Origin: Ylistrum balloti
Taxonomy: Eukaryota
Length of the DNA stretch: 64,000 nucleotides
Assembly (NCBI RefSeq): GCF_031769215.1
Contig: NW_026782827.1
Coordinates: forward strand, 1-64,000
Reading direction: 5' to 3'
The position numbers and the translations under genes are program-made. This document shows positions 13,148 through 26,518 of the stretch, piece after piece (the stretch's first letter is position 1; each line of letters opens with the position of its first letter). Below the pieces are notes generated by a model that had not been told where the DNA came from, did not search any database, and saw only the letters and a program-made list of their open reading frames with translations.

Positions 13148-14206
13148 CGTGATCTCCACAAAATATTGGGGGGTTGGGGGAGTGGTTTCCCTAGTATGTT
13201 AATAAACACTCGTTATGTCTATCCCTCTACATTTATAGTGTCGACCAATGCAGTATTTACAGAGTTCACTAAATTAAACGAGGAACTCGAGTTGCCTCGA
13301 TTTTGACATCCAAATTATGCATTATACAAAGACGAATTTGAGGTAACTATTTTGAATCATTGCTTGGTCTGGCAGTGATATATATTACCACACGTCTTAA
13401 ATATGACATCGAGATTGTGAAATCGTGTTCAAAAAGATGAAAAATATATAATAAGTCCTAATTCGGTATCAGCGGACACACAAATGGTCTTCATGCAGTT
13501 ATTTGTGTAATATATCATTAAGGGGATAGTTCTACATAGTATCACATACGGATGTGACTTGTAGAATTACGATAGTCAAACACCTGCTCAATATAATATC
13601 AAAATATTATCAAAAACTATCCTCTTCCGTAATGTCACTTTTGTCTCGAAAAATGTAATTGACGTTTAAAGGTTTTCAAAAAAAAAAAAAAAGATTAAAA
13701 AGGATAGCCGCTATTTGTAGGATTTCCTGAACGCGACGGGCCTGGGATAGGTATAATACAAATGGTTTAGCGGTTTATAAGGAAAGAACAATCCGTTTGT
13801 ATGAGAGTATTTGAGAGGGTGTGTATAAGTGTTAAAATAATTCAAATATATGTTTATAATATGATCTACTTACACACTTTGGTGCGACTAATGATGGTTT
13901 ACTTACTATTAACTACTTCACCCATTCAATTGTTATTTAATATTCTTGACCAATCATAGTGACATGAGCTTTTATGTTATCAATGGTGACCGAAGCAAGT
14001 TTTATTGATGCAGAAGGAAAGCTTTTTCGCGCAGAAAAATTATAACTTTCCTCTGTACGTGCTCCAACAATTTAAAGTATTGCAATGAAGATGGCTAAAA
14101 ATAGATTTAACTTCTATCGAAAGGCACTGATAAATTATTGTCAGTATTTACTAGTTATTAAAAACATGTGGTTTTTTTTTCGTTTTTTTCCCTTAGGCTT
14201 CACAAT

Positions 14207-17200
14207 ATGACATTGGCAATAACGTTGTGTATGACGTCATTGTGTATGACGTCGTTATGGAATGTTATTCAGGCAGTAAAAATACAGACCTACAACGTCG
14301 CCCTCCTCACCAATACAGCCAAATACAAACAAAGGAGACCAAACGTAATCCGCGCACTGGCATCCGGAGATTATGACGTCATGTGCCTTCAAGAGGTGAC
14401 TATCAATGATTCGGAGCTGTTGAATGTCTTCAAATTTTACATTCTTACAAACTCATTTGTAAAAGGAACGTAGGATTTGCAGTATGAAAGTAAATCATAA
14501 TGCAAGTTATTTGCCTGAGAATGTTAAAATCATGCGATGCCTTATTGTTATCTTTGAGATAAAACTATTAATGTATAATAACTTCTGATGGGATAAATCA
14601 ACGATAGAGGGAACTGAACAAAATGCGGAAATTTATAAACGTGATTTAGGCATGCTTTATTTTTTAACAGGAATGATGTTTTCTTTAAACGTTTGCTTTC
14701 CAGATGTGGTTCGGAGATGATGTTGACATGCTGAAAGAAAAGCTAGACAAAGATGTTTCAATTTACACACCGCCTTTGTACCAGGAGAAGATGTTTTGGG
14801 GATTATTAAACGCTCCCCCGTGCCACAACGCACCACTGACAGTAGCCTGCATAGCTTTAAGATGTGCCTCCCTCGCAAATGACTTTGGGGCCCTAACAAA
14901 CTGTTCAATAGACTGTGGGTTATTGACTGAGAGTCAGGGATGTATTGCCTGTCTCACCGCTTCCGGTTTGAGTGCATTGCGCTGTTTTAATTACGTGAGA
15001 CATGAGACAATAAATATTCCAGGTGTTGTCCTTCTAAGTAAGAGGAGAGTGAATTCAGCCAAAACGATTTTCTTTGAACCAAATGTAAAACAGATAACTA
15101 AAAGGGGCTATATAGAAGCTGAGGTAAGTTTTTTTCTCGATTCATTTCCCTCATTATCTTTTATTCGAATGACGTCACTCTGTAAAACATCGACTTTATG
15201 AAAAGAAAAATCGTATTTTCCAATAACTGAGATTGGTTAAATGTTGAAGAACAAATGGGAAAAACTGTAACCTTCAACAAGGATATCCAATAAGGTGGGA
15301 ATAATGAGGTCGCTGGTAACACGTGATGCCAATTATTTCCTAGTGATTAGATTGTCACGTTCACAGTTAGTTGACTACTTGGATCACGTTGTGGAAATTT
15401 CATGCTAATATTAAGTTTAATAGGACTCACTTCAGCGCAGTTGTTACTTAAATACCAGTTTGTAGATTCTGTCCAGTATAATGATATCTCAGAGACGAGA
15501 ACTGAATGTTTACCAGTAAACCGTTTGCTGTCTCGTTATAATACTTCTCTACTTGTTTTTTATGGATTAAGAATTCCAATTGTCATATAATGACACATTA
15601 ATTTAGTTGCCATGCTACAATAAGAGAGACAAATTGAACAGAAATCAGCATTAAGTTTGATTTTGATTTAAACATTTTATTGAACAATTTCAATGGAATT
15701 GGGCACAAGTTTTCCAACTTATATCAAGTCTTGTCCCTATAAAGTGTGACAAATTACACAATAACAAGACAAAACGACATGTTTAAATACAAAATTACAC
15801 GGAGAGAGAAAGATATACTATTTGTTTTAAGTGTAAATCAGTCTCTCTTGAACCGGACAACAATAGTATTAGTTACACCGTACACTTTTCAATGCCTTCC
15901 AACTATTCTAAAGTTCGTCACATCCCGTGCGTTGTCCAACTTTCTCCTGTCGTCCTGGTCTTTCTCAATACTAGTGGGCCTGAGTGAGGAGAGACATTTA
16001 ACTTTTTATTTTAGGGAGAGTGAGAGAGAAGGAGAGAGAGATATGACAATCTGTTAGAGTTAAGAATATATTGCTGAGTGAATTGACAATATTTTTACAT
16101 TATCTTCATTAGAGAGGTTATCAGTACCATGTAGTACTAACTACATTAAGTATTTACGAAATGTAAGGAAAAACAAATTAAATGAAAACACACAGACACA
16201 ATTTATCACAATCCCCTTCTGTCTGTCTGTGTCTGTCAAATGAGCGCTGACATACCTATAAAGTAAAAGTCAGTGCTCAATATATTTCCAATATCTTGGT
16301 TGGGTTTTATCTAGTTACTATATTAATATTCTCTTCTACATCCCCCTAGAAACTACATAAAGAGTTCACGTGCTGCTTGATTTGCATTCTTTAATATACA
16401 TTTTTTCTTTTGTTTTTCCCCATTGAATTTGAAAATACAAACACATGATAATGAATTATTGAATTATATATTATGTTTGCAGATTGACGGTGTAGGGACG
16501 GTCTTTTGCAGTCATTCTACTTCCAACGCTGAAACTGAATTCTACGAACGTATGTAGAAATTTGTCAGATTAACATTTCATTCATTCATTCGCTGACTAT
16601 CAAAAGATTTATAACACATGCAACAATTGCGTAATATGCAAGTGCTTAGATTTCAAGAGAAGTCAGTCGTGTCCTTTGACCCAATAACGTCGACAGTTGA
16701 CAACCACGTAATCGTTTTGAACCCCTGATATAACAATGTTATACTGTGATATTTTTGGGGTGCGTGGGATTGCTCTGGACCTCCCTTATGTTGTTCCTTG
16801 ATGTAGTCACTAGCTTCAACAAGGATACCTTGCCTCAATATGACGCAGACTGTTTACGGAGCCAAATCATATCAAACAAACATCATCGATTTGATCTAAC
16901 AAACAAGTAGGATAAAGTGGTTACATACTGTCTAGGTTGGCTCTATATGTTCCTGTCATAATTTTCTTTTAGCTTTTGTTGTTGCTGGTATATACTTTTG
17001 TTATGTTATTTCGATTCAATTCCAGCAAACCTTCGGGACGTTTACTCTAATATGGCGGAACAAAATCTCGCCGACTCTCGTAAACTAACGAAAGCAGCCC
17101 TCATGTCTGACAAACCTCTCATCATTGGGGATCTTAATACCAGTCCCGACATACCAGCCTACAACGTCACCGCAGACTTCAAAGGTAACTCGCAAATGCT

Positions 17201-18399
17201 AATATATCGGAACGGTAGGGGAAGGAAATAGTAGTTACGTATGAGTTTGGGAAAGATGTTTAGAGACGTATTCCGGCCTGAACCAATAATTGTCATATTT
17301 TGCAACTAATTTGATATCATTTAAAACGGAAATGCAGGGTTAAAAGCAGGTACACGACTTTAGAAGCTGCTATTTCTTTCATTGGAAAACATCAATATTC
17401 TTTAACTTCTGTTCTGAACGAAGTTGGGAGACGCCATGATGCTTTCTTGTGAAGGGACGCCAGGTGATATCAGGAACGCCGTTTATTTCCTTCTCATCTT
17501 AATTAGAAATCCTCAATATACAAGACATTGACGACAGCAGTTATGTCGTAACTGAAACTTATAACAGTACTGATCAAGATAATACCAAAGACACACAAGT
17601 AAATAACACATTTTCATACAAATTTAGAGTTAGATATAGAGTCAAGCAAAGAAATTAAACTCCATGGTACGCCTGTTTCTCCCTTCTAGAACACGTCAGT
17701 GATGCTAAGGGCCTAATTCAAGGTACAGATATAATGTTTGTTATCGTATGATAGAGTTCCGAACTCTTTCCAGGGGAGGAGGACATAACCTTTCAGTCAA
17801 TCTCTGTTATATGATGTTTACATGGAATCTGTAATTCTATTCCACAAACTGAAAAGATACAAAGAAAATATAAGCAAACAATTATGTAAACCGTTCCGCT
17901 ATTATTTTTTTTCTAGACTCCTACAATCATTTCTTGTCGGAGGGTTTCGTGTCGCCATACGTTACCATGGTGGGAAAATGTACTTTTTGTCGTCGAAATC
18001 CTCTTGTTAAAGACTGGAATTACAATAACGTACTAGATCACGTGATGGTACGAAATCACACCGTCCTCAGTGCCAAGGTTTGATATTCCTACGTAACTAT
18101 GAAGTTGAATTTATTTATTTATTGAATTATTTATCATTTCTCTACTTTATTTTTAGTCGACAGCATGATGTATCTCGTCTTTAAGCCTTTCTCCAAATGA
18201 GAGCCCAAATTTTGTAAACATGACAAAAGTCAATAACTATGACATAAGTCCGCTGTGATATCTGTAACTTTTATACGATTATGTATGCTGGCCCATTTTT
18301 ATATATTTTTTGTTTCAGCGATTTTATGACGCAAACATACCAAGTATGGACTTTCCGATGTCCGATCACTATGGAGTTGAAGTAGAAGTTGGAAACTGA
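14207..18399 (+). CDS. EEP gene A: secreted endonuclease/exonuclease/phosphatase-family protein with Cys-rich insert, 358 aa
   Basis: Exons 14207-14395, 14704-15123, 16483-16549, 17026-17184, 17917-18077, 18319-18399 (TGA). All introns are GT-AG with phases 0,0,1,1,0 and the frame is uninterrupted. Signal peptide MTLAITLCMTSLCMTSLWNVIQA; motifs TYN, DVMCLQE, GVVLLSK, CSH, GDLN, LDH, SDH. AATAAA at about 18932 is followed by a GT-rich tract. Confidence 0.93.
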
Positions 18400-19190
18400 A
18401 ACATCAAAGCATGCCATAACGTCAGTCTGTCCATTCGAGATGTGATTGACCAATAGAAATCGACAGAGTTGCGTGTACTTTGAGTAAACGACAATGTGGA
18501 GAGAAGAAATATTTCTGTACTACCTCTCTTGACTCTGAAAATATTTTAACTGATGAGAAGGTTTTAACTATAGGATGTGGTAATGACAGACATATTAATT
18601 ATCTAAATACAATATGAAAACACAATAACTTTTTCTAACTTTTTCCCCCGAAATATTTGAATTTTGAAATTTCATTGCACGTTTGTTTTAAAATAACATA
18701 AAGCATTAAAAGAAATGTAAATGAGGGGTTTTATAATATAAGTTTAAATCTAAATGACGTACGTTAGAGTTTTAAGAAGATCGTCAGTGCTGGTTTCGAA
18801 AATGTTGGAGAAAAATATTAATGATTAATTCCAATATAGATTTTGTATTTGCATTGCAGTGTTTTGTCAAAACGTGGGTGTAGCTTCAGATTAATTCTAT
18901 TATTTACTTACACCTGTGATACCGTTGATTAAATAAACATTGGATTTGTGTTTTTTCTTTGTATTACTTTGTATTATCTGAATGAAGTGGTCCAAAAAGC
19001 TTCCAACATGTCTGCCCTGAGACGGGAGACAAACTTTAACAACATTTTAGAGGAGTTTCTGTGACTATAACTGTATGTGATATCTACATAAAAAAATACA
19101 AACCTTTTTATAGCGAAAATATTTAATTGTTGGTTTGCGAACATCGATTAATCTTTTGCATGATTGTTTAAAAATAAAATTCTGCACTCA

Positions 19191-19286
19191 TAGGCATTTA
19201 ATGGAAGGCCAGCGCAGTAAAAATATTCAAACTTCAATAGGCATTTAATGGAAGGCCAGCGCAGTAAAAATATTCAAACTTCAATG
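19191..19286. repeat. 47-bp exact tandem duplication
   Basis: ATAGGCATTTAATGGAAGGCCAGCGCAGTAAAAATATTCAAACTTCA occurs twice. Confidence 0.9.
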
Positions 19287-19480
19287 ACGTAGTGTATCTG
19301 TAATGAGAAAGACCATCAGCTGACTTTAGTGTTTCAACTGAAAATATATTAGATTTATGACAGAAATACATAATAGCAATGCTTGTTAACTTGTCAACAC
19401 TTGTCGTTACACATCTGATAGTACTAGCCATTGTATACAACACACTGAAGAGTTCTCCCTACTGATACCTGTACACCCGA

Positions 19481-20470
19481 GATTCTTGACATCCTCCAAA
19501 CATCAACATTGGTGAATATTTTAAGTTAATTACCTGTTGCACTTAAAACTACTGAGTATAATTTGTGTCCTCTTCAAGTTATAAATAACTTTCCATTAGA
19601 CGAGTTCAATAATCAGGCAAAAAGTTATGAACTTGTCCCCAGGAAAGACATCGCCATTGAACATACCTAATACATAATGATCTTTAAGTCATTGGTTTCT
19701 TTACCATGAAAATATTGAATACAAACAATAACTACCTTAGAGTTTGATCAAATTGTGAGCAAGACAAAAGCCTCGTCCTACAATTGTTGCTTATCCCTGT
19801 GATTCATTGGTTTAAATAAACGATTTCATTTCAAAACATTTTATTAATACAAGGTATTAATAGGATTAGACAGCAGGCTAGTGCCTATATAAGTCTTCTC
19901 CTGGGACAACACAGGTGGTCAATTACAGTTACACTGATCAGATTCAAACACACATACATACTCCCTCTCTTTCACACTCACAAACCTACATATTTACATG
20001 TACAATAAACGATTGGTATGTGTTTTAATTTTTCACATGCTATTCTCTAAATGGAGTGCTGCAAAAATAAGATACATATGTCTATAATGATTGTGGGCTG
20101 TTATGAATTATGAGATAGAATTTATAACATAGGAGATATTTAAACATGAAACACTAGTAAAACTGCAATTCGTAGCGCACAACTATAAGAATGGACACGT
20201 GACACGATAGACAGATTCACATACATGTTTTAAAAAATATCAATGTTTAAATATTCTTTTCCATTATCTAATTAAAACAGTTTTCATCATTTCCTACAAT
20301 TCTAGACATTCTCCACACATCAACATTGGTGAATATTTTAAGCTAATTATTTGTTGCACTTCAAACTACTGAATATATATAATATGTGTCCTCTTTAGGC
20401 TATGCATAACTGTCCATTAGACGAGTTCAATAATCAGGCGGAAAGTTGTAAACATGTCCACGGGGAATAT
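19481..20470. repeat. About 170-bp diverged direct repeat (19481-19655 and 20301-20470)
   Basis: Both copies contain CATCAACATTGGTGAATATTTTAAG...TTGCACTT...TCCATTAGACGAGTTCAATAATCAGGC. Confidence 0.85.
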
Positions 20471-21264
20471 TCACGGTACACGGTACAGGTATTAGAAATG
20501 TGTATTTCAGAAAGATTTCCTGTTGGGAAGTTAAAGAAGTCCATGGATTACATGTAGAGGAACATTTACCTATTTTTGTTTCCTTAAGGAGCGGAAGGTG
20601 AAGTATTTTCCTTGAAAGGAAGACAATGATGTAGTGTCCGGTAAGGTACATGTACACATGTTTTAGATGCTACTTCATGTGTTTAGTAGGAACTCTAATA
20701 AATAGAATTACTAACTTGTCCTACTTGTAAATGATGTACTGTATGATTGTTTGTTATATATGTTAAATGATACTTGTTTTGTCGGTATAAATTGTTTCAT
20801 CAATATAGCAGGGGTATATTATTAAGTAAAGACTGTGTCAGGAAAATTATACTTATACATAAATCTGATAAAAACAAGCTTTTAAGTAGAATTATGTTAA
20901 AGTCAAAAGGCAGCTGCAAACATATACTTGATGTATAAGACTACGTGATAACACATTAAGTGTTAATACTTTGTGATATTTTGACTTATCCATTGTAAGA
21001 TGAAAAATACACCAGTTGTATAAGGTGGTTTTATAAGATGGTCTGCGAGGTAGAACTGATTCATAATTAAGTAGAGGAATATTTTACGGTAGATGTTTCT
21101 CATCTCCAGCTGTTGATATAGGTCAACGAGATATAACTTGTATATGTAAATCTCCAAGTTCATTTGATCAGTTATATAGTGGTGATATTATCCAAATAAT
21201 AATAATAATAATAAAAATAACTATATCTAATATAAAACCACCAAAATCGTTTAACAAAAGATAA

Positions 21265-21920
21265 ATAATAACAACTGTTTTTTACCTATATATAATGTGG
21301 CAAACATAATAACAACTGTTTTTTTACCTATATATAATGTGGCAAACATAATAACAACAACTGTTTTTTACCTATATATAATGTGGCAAACATAATAACA
21401 ACAACTGTTTTTTACCTATATATAATGTGGCAAACATAATAACAACAACTGTTTTTTACCTATATATAATGTGGCAAACATAATAACAACAACTGTTTTT
21501 TACCTATATATAATGTGGCAAACATAATAACAACAACTGTTTTTTACCTATATATAATGTGGCAAACATAATAACAACAACTGTTTTTTACCTATATATA
21601 ATGTGGCAAACATAATAACAACAACTGTTTTTTACCTATATATAATGTGGCAAACATAATCACAACAACTGTTTTTTACCTATATATAATGTGGCAAACA
21701 TAATAACAACAACAACTGTTTTTTACCTACCTATATATAATGTGGCAAACATAATAACAACAACTATTTTTTACCTATATATAATGTGGCAAACATAATA
21801 ACAACAACTGTTTTTTACCTACATATAATGTGGCAAACATAATAACAACTTTTTTTACCTAAATATAATGTGGCAAACATAATAACAACTGTTTTTTAGC
21901 TATAGATAATGTGGCAACCA
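21265..21920. repeat. 44-bp AT-rich minisatellite, about 15 copies
   Basis: Unit GTGGCAAACATAATAACAACAACTGTTTTTTACCTATATATAAT; period 44. Confidence 0.97.
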
Positions 21921-22217
21921 TAACAGAAGAACTCGTGTACAAGTACATGTATACGTTAACGTTTGAGGACAAAATTTAACAGATTAACATATGATAAATA
22001 TCAAAAAGTGTTATGTTAATGAAAATGGAATTATTATGTTATGCATGAATTAAAATTAAAACAACTACAATAAAAAAAAAAAAAAACCCACAAAAAGCAA
22101 AAACCAAAACATAAACAAAAAAATGTAGAAATATCTAGAGCATTTATTTTTGTGTTTACAAGATGAAAATAGTTAAAATATTTTATTTTTATGTGTTGCA
22201 GAATTTCCACCATAACC

Positions 22218-25200
22218 ATGATGCAGCCGTTTTGTATGACATTACTGTGTATGGTGTCGCTTTGGTGCGTGGTCCAAGCGATCAAAATTCAGACTTACAA
22301 CGTTGGCTTCATCAGCTTTATCGACAACTATGAAGAACGAAAAGAAAACGCCATCCGGGCACTAAGATCTGGAGATTATGACGTCATGTGTCTTCAAGAG
22401 GTGGGTATTAACAACATGGGTTGTATATAAACTAAATGATATTGATCACGCTTTACGCACTGAGTGATCAAAGGAGGGAAGTCTTGAAAGGAATACACTT
22501 AGAACGTGATCTTTTGTTCCGGAAGAGGAAACTTTGGACCATCCGCCCTTTTGCTAATAGCATGAAATTAAAGGTACACAAAAGGTATATGCTTAAGTTT
22601 TATGAAGGGTTCATTTACATATTCACTTAGGCGAGCATAACGCTAGGTGAAAATATGTTTTGTGTGCCAATCCCTGTCTCTCATACTTGGATTTTTATCT
22701 ATGGTTCGGGTATTCTTCTGAAAACGTAATTGTACTTGTATTATCGACCTTGATTCTTTCTCCGGTTTGATCACATTGCTTAATGAAGTATTACTTCTTT
22801 AAGTCTCCAGACCTCTATTGCCGACCATTCCTGTATAAGTGATCACATTTGATTTTCTACCGACACTTTAAAACACCCTCAGGATTCTTGACGTTCTATA
22901 AGTTACATACCTGTACGATAGCAAATCAAGCGCAACAAGGTATATATGTACATATACATGAACGCGATGTTTCGCCGATATGTATTATCATACATACCCC
23001 TACATGGTATAAGAGATTGAGTCTGAAAATTGGTCATTTTGCTGAACTTCTGGCTCTAAACAAGTTTCAAATACCCCGTAGGAAATGGAAACAAATATAA
23101 GATGATACTTTTCACTAAACAAGAATACTTTTTGCAATTTATTGGATTGCTACAAAATCTGATTTGGCGTTAATCTCACATTATATTTCATTTTTGGTTG
23201 CGCATATGACGCCATATGTTGCCACAGTTGTTCTAGATGTTTTACTGGTACGAACAGATTTGATGTAAGAAGACGGATTTTATCCAAGCTGGATAAAGAT
23301 TTGTACATCACTAGACGATGCAATTAAAAAAAAACGTACATCAACCTAGTTATAGTAATTGGCGTATATAAATAACATATTTCATTTCTTGATCAGGTGT
23401 CGGCCTTTTTAAAGAAATGGTCGATGAAAGAACAAATGTGATTTTTTAAATTCAATTATTCTTCAGATGTGGTACGGAGATGATATTGACAGGCTTAAAA
23501 AGAAACTGGGAAAGAGCATTACAGTTTACACACCACCTTTGTACCAGGAAAGGATGTTTGGGGGGTTCCTGAAAGCTCCCCCCTGTCACAACGCACCAAT
23601 AACAGCAGCATGTATAGCTCTAAAATGTGCAGACCTGGCGAACAATTATGCAGCGCTTGCAAATTGTACTGTTGAGTGTGGACTTATGTCTGAAAGTCAA
23701 GGATGTATAACCTGTCTGTCGGTTTCCAGTTGGACTCCGTTACGTTGTTTTAACTACTGGAAAGGGGAATCGATAAATATACCAGGAGTTGTTCTCCTTA
23801 GCAAAAGGAAGGTGACCTCAGTAAAGACGGTCTTCTTTGAACCAAACGTGAAGCAGTTATCACGACGGGCGTATATAGAGGCCGAGGTAAGACCTTTTCA
23901 TGAATGATGTGAAATTAGCTAAAAAACAATTTTTTAAAATAAGAATTTAATGAAGGTATGGAAGAACATGTCGACTTGTTAACATTGTTAAATCAAACTC
24001 ATATTCAATAAAACGGGGGCAAACTATGATCAAAAGAACGATTAACACGAACATACTTGAAAGAGTACAAGATTAAGACCAAATGTTCTGCTTCACCGAG
24101 AAACGTATAAACAACGAAATCGCCAGGCATTGTAACGAATATAAAGCGTATCAATGTAATTCGTTATATAATCTGTCTTAATTGTGCAGTAAGGCTACAC
24201 TAAACTATCAATTAAAACGTCGTGTTGTGAGAACGCAACACTTTTGTCTTTGTATGATATAGCAGCTAGCGGACATCTGTGCATGGTCTAAAGGTAAGAA
24301 TGAATTCAAAACGTGACCATTAATGTTCAATTTGATGTAGTAGGAATCAAACACATGTTCCTGTTAAAGAAAAAGAAAACTTTTTGTTATGGGTATTTGA
24401 TTATTTATACAATGTAAGACTAAACTATGATTATAAAACCATGACGATTCTCCTCTTGTATAGTAAACAGAAAATGAATAGAAAGGAAAAAACGACCGCT
24501 GAGTTGGAAGAGAAATGTTTAGTAAATTATCAATGTTAAGGCAAAAGAATTGTAAGTAAATATTAAACAGATGACGAGCTCCGTAAAACCAATTTTGATA
24601 TGTAATACACCAACAGGAACCGCGATATTTTCTGTTAAAAACGACATTTTGAGTATATTTTAGGGGCTTGACAATCAAAAATAGATAACTAGTTTTTTTT
24701 TTTTTTGCATTTACAATAAAATTTGCCTTTAAAAAATGTCCTCTGTTCAATTTGGTCAAATCATTTGACTTTATAATGTTTGATATAGATGTGACAGATA
24801 TTTTCATGAAGGAAACTGAAACAGATGATAAAAGAAATTCTGTCCGATTCACAACATTTTCATTTTCTTTAAGAATTAATGTTTGAATCTGTCCGTCCCT
24901 AGTGAAGTTCCTATCGAAAGCTTTCTGACATAGTCTTGTAAAACACAAAGTCTTATTGATGATACCTATATGTATCTTTGATTCAGATTGAAGATGTGGG
25001 TACCGTCTTCTGCAGCCACTCTACGTCCAACGCTAATACGGAATACTACGAACGTATGTAGAATATCCATAATTATATCTTATTCATTTATGAATTCCTC
25101 CGCCCGTCCGTCCGTTCGTTCGTTCCTTCGTTCCTTCGTTCGTTCTCACATGCTTTACATTATAATGCTTGCCTGCACAGGGTAATACATCAATGTGGTT

Positions 25201-25653
25201 TACCATGTTTGTGACCCCCGGTAAAATACTTTCATACATCGATACATGGAAAAGAGACTACCTTATCGACGAAGGAGGAATCAAATTATAACTAGTTATC
25301 GTCGACGGAGAAGTCTTATCATAACTAGCTATCGACGACGGAGAAGTCTTATCATAACTAGTTATCGTCGACGGAGAAGTCTTATCATAACTAGTTATCG
25401 ACGACGGAGAAATCTTATTAAAGCTAGTCATAACTGGAATTCTTATAAAGCTAGTCATAACTGGAATTCTTATAAAGCTAGTCATAACTGGAATTCTTAT
25501 ATAGCTGTAGGTAAATGAATAAATCAATTCACAAAGATTTGAAAAAAAACTTGAATTAAAAATGTTGACAGTCATTGTTAAATTTTGCAAAAAGTTATTC
25601 ATTTCCACAACATGATTTATTGTTTAATCTCTACCTCAAATTCGGTTTAATTC

Positions 25654-25688
<35 letters not shown>

Positions 25689-26475
25689 TTAGGCTTTTCT
25701 GATTAAATCAAGCACGAATTATTATTGACCGTCGATTGGTTTCCCTATATGAGTGGATACACAGCGTGAGGTTAGACTTGAAATGTATCGCATGGTCACA
25801 CGGAATGGCTTAAATCTATTTCGATATGTCTTTCTATGATGCATATAGATTTTTAAAATCAAACACACTAGTTGGCTGTGGAAACAGTCTCCTTACTTCG
25901 GCCAACATTATTTTAATGATGTTCAGAAAATTTGTAAATTACTCAAATGTTTGCATATTTCATTGAGAGTTTGTAAATATGGGACAAAGGAGCCTCTTTA
26001 ATCATTTATCCCTTAAGTTAAAGTAATGTCATCACACGTATTCTGGGGATACATTTCACATCTGCATCAAACCAAGTCACAGATAAAAAATGTGAACTAT
26101 TAAAAGTTAATACGTGAGTTAATTAAATTATTCAATATTGTGTCTAGTTAGTTATACGCCAGATTTTTAATCATAAGTTAAATACTAGAATGAGAAAGCT
26201 TAATTTATTACTGACATATATCGACCAATTGGCAATTATGTATTGATCAGTAGCCGGAGGCATACTACACATATATCCATGTATCATTTCATTTCCTGAT
26301 TATTTAAGTAATCACCTGAGCCTAGGCAGTTCGGAAGGTCAGTGGTACTTATCTTGTGGAAAACTACCTAATCTTCGATCAGTCCTATGTATAAGTATGT
26401 AACAGCTACTCAAGTATTACACAATCTTTGTTATCCCATATCATTTTTAGTATAAACAGACCTATCTTGGTCTGC

Positions 26476-26518
<43 letters not shown>

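Noticed and set aside
24364-24948. 194-aa minus-strand ORF
   Set aside because: AT-rich intronic sequence of gene B, with low-complexity composition and no motif.
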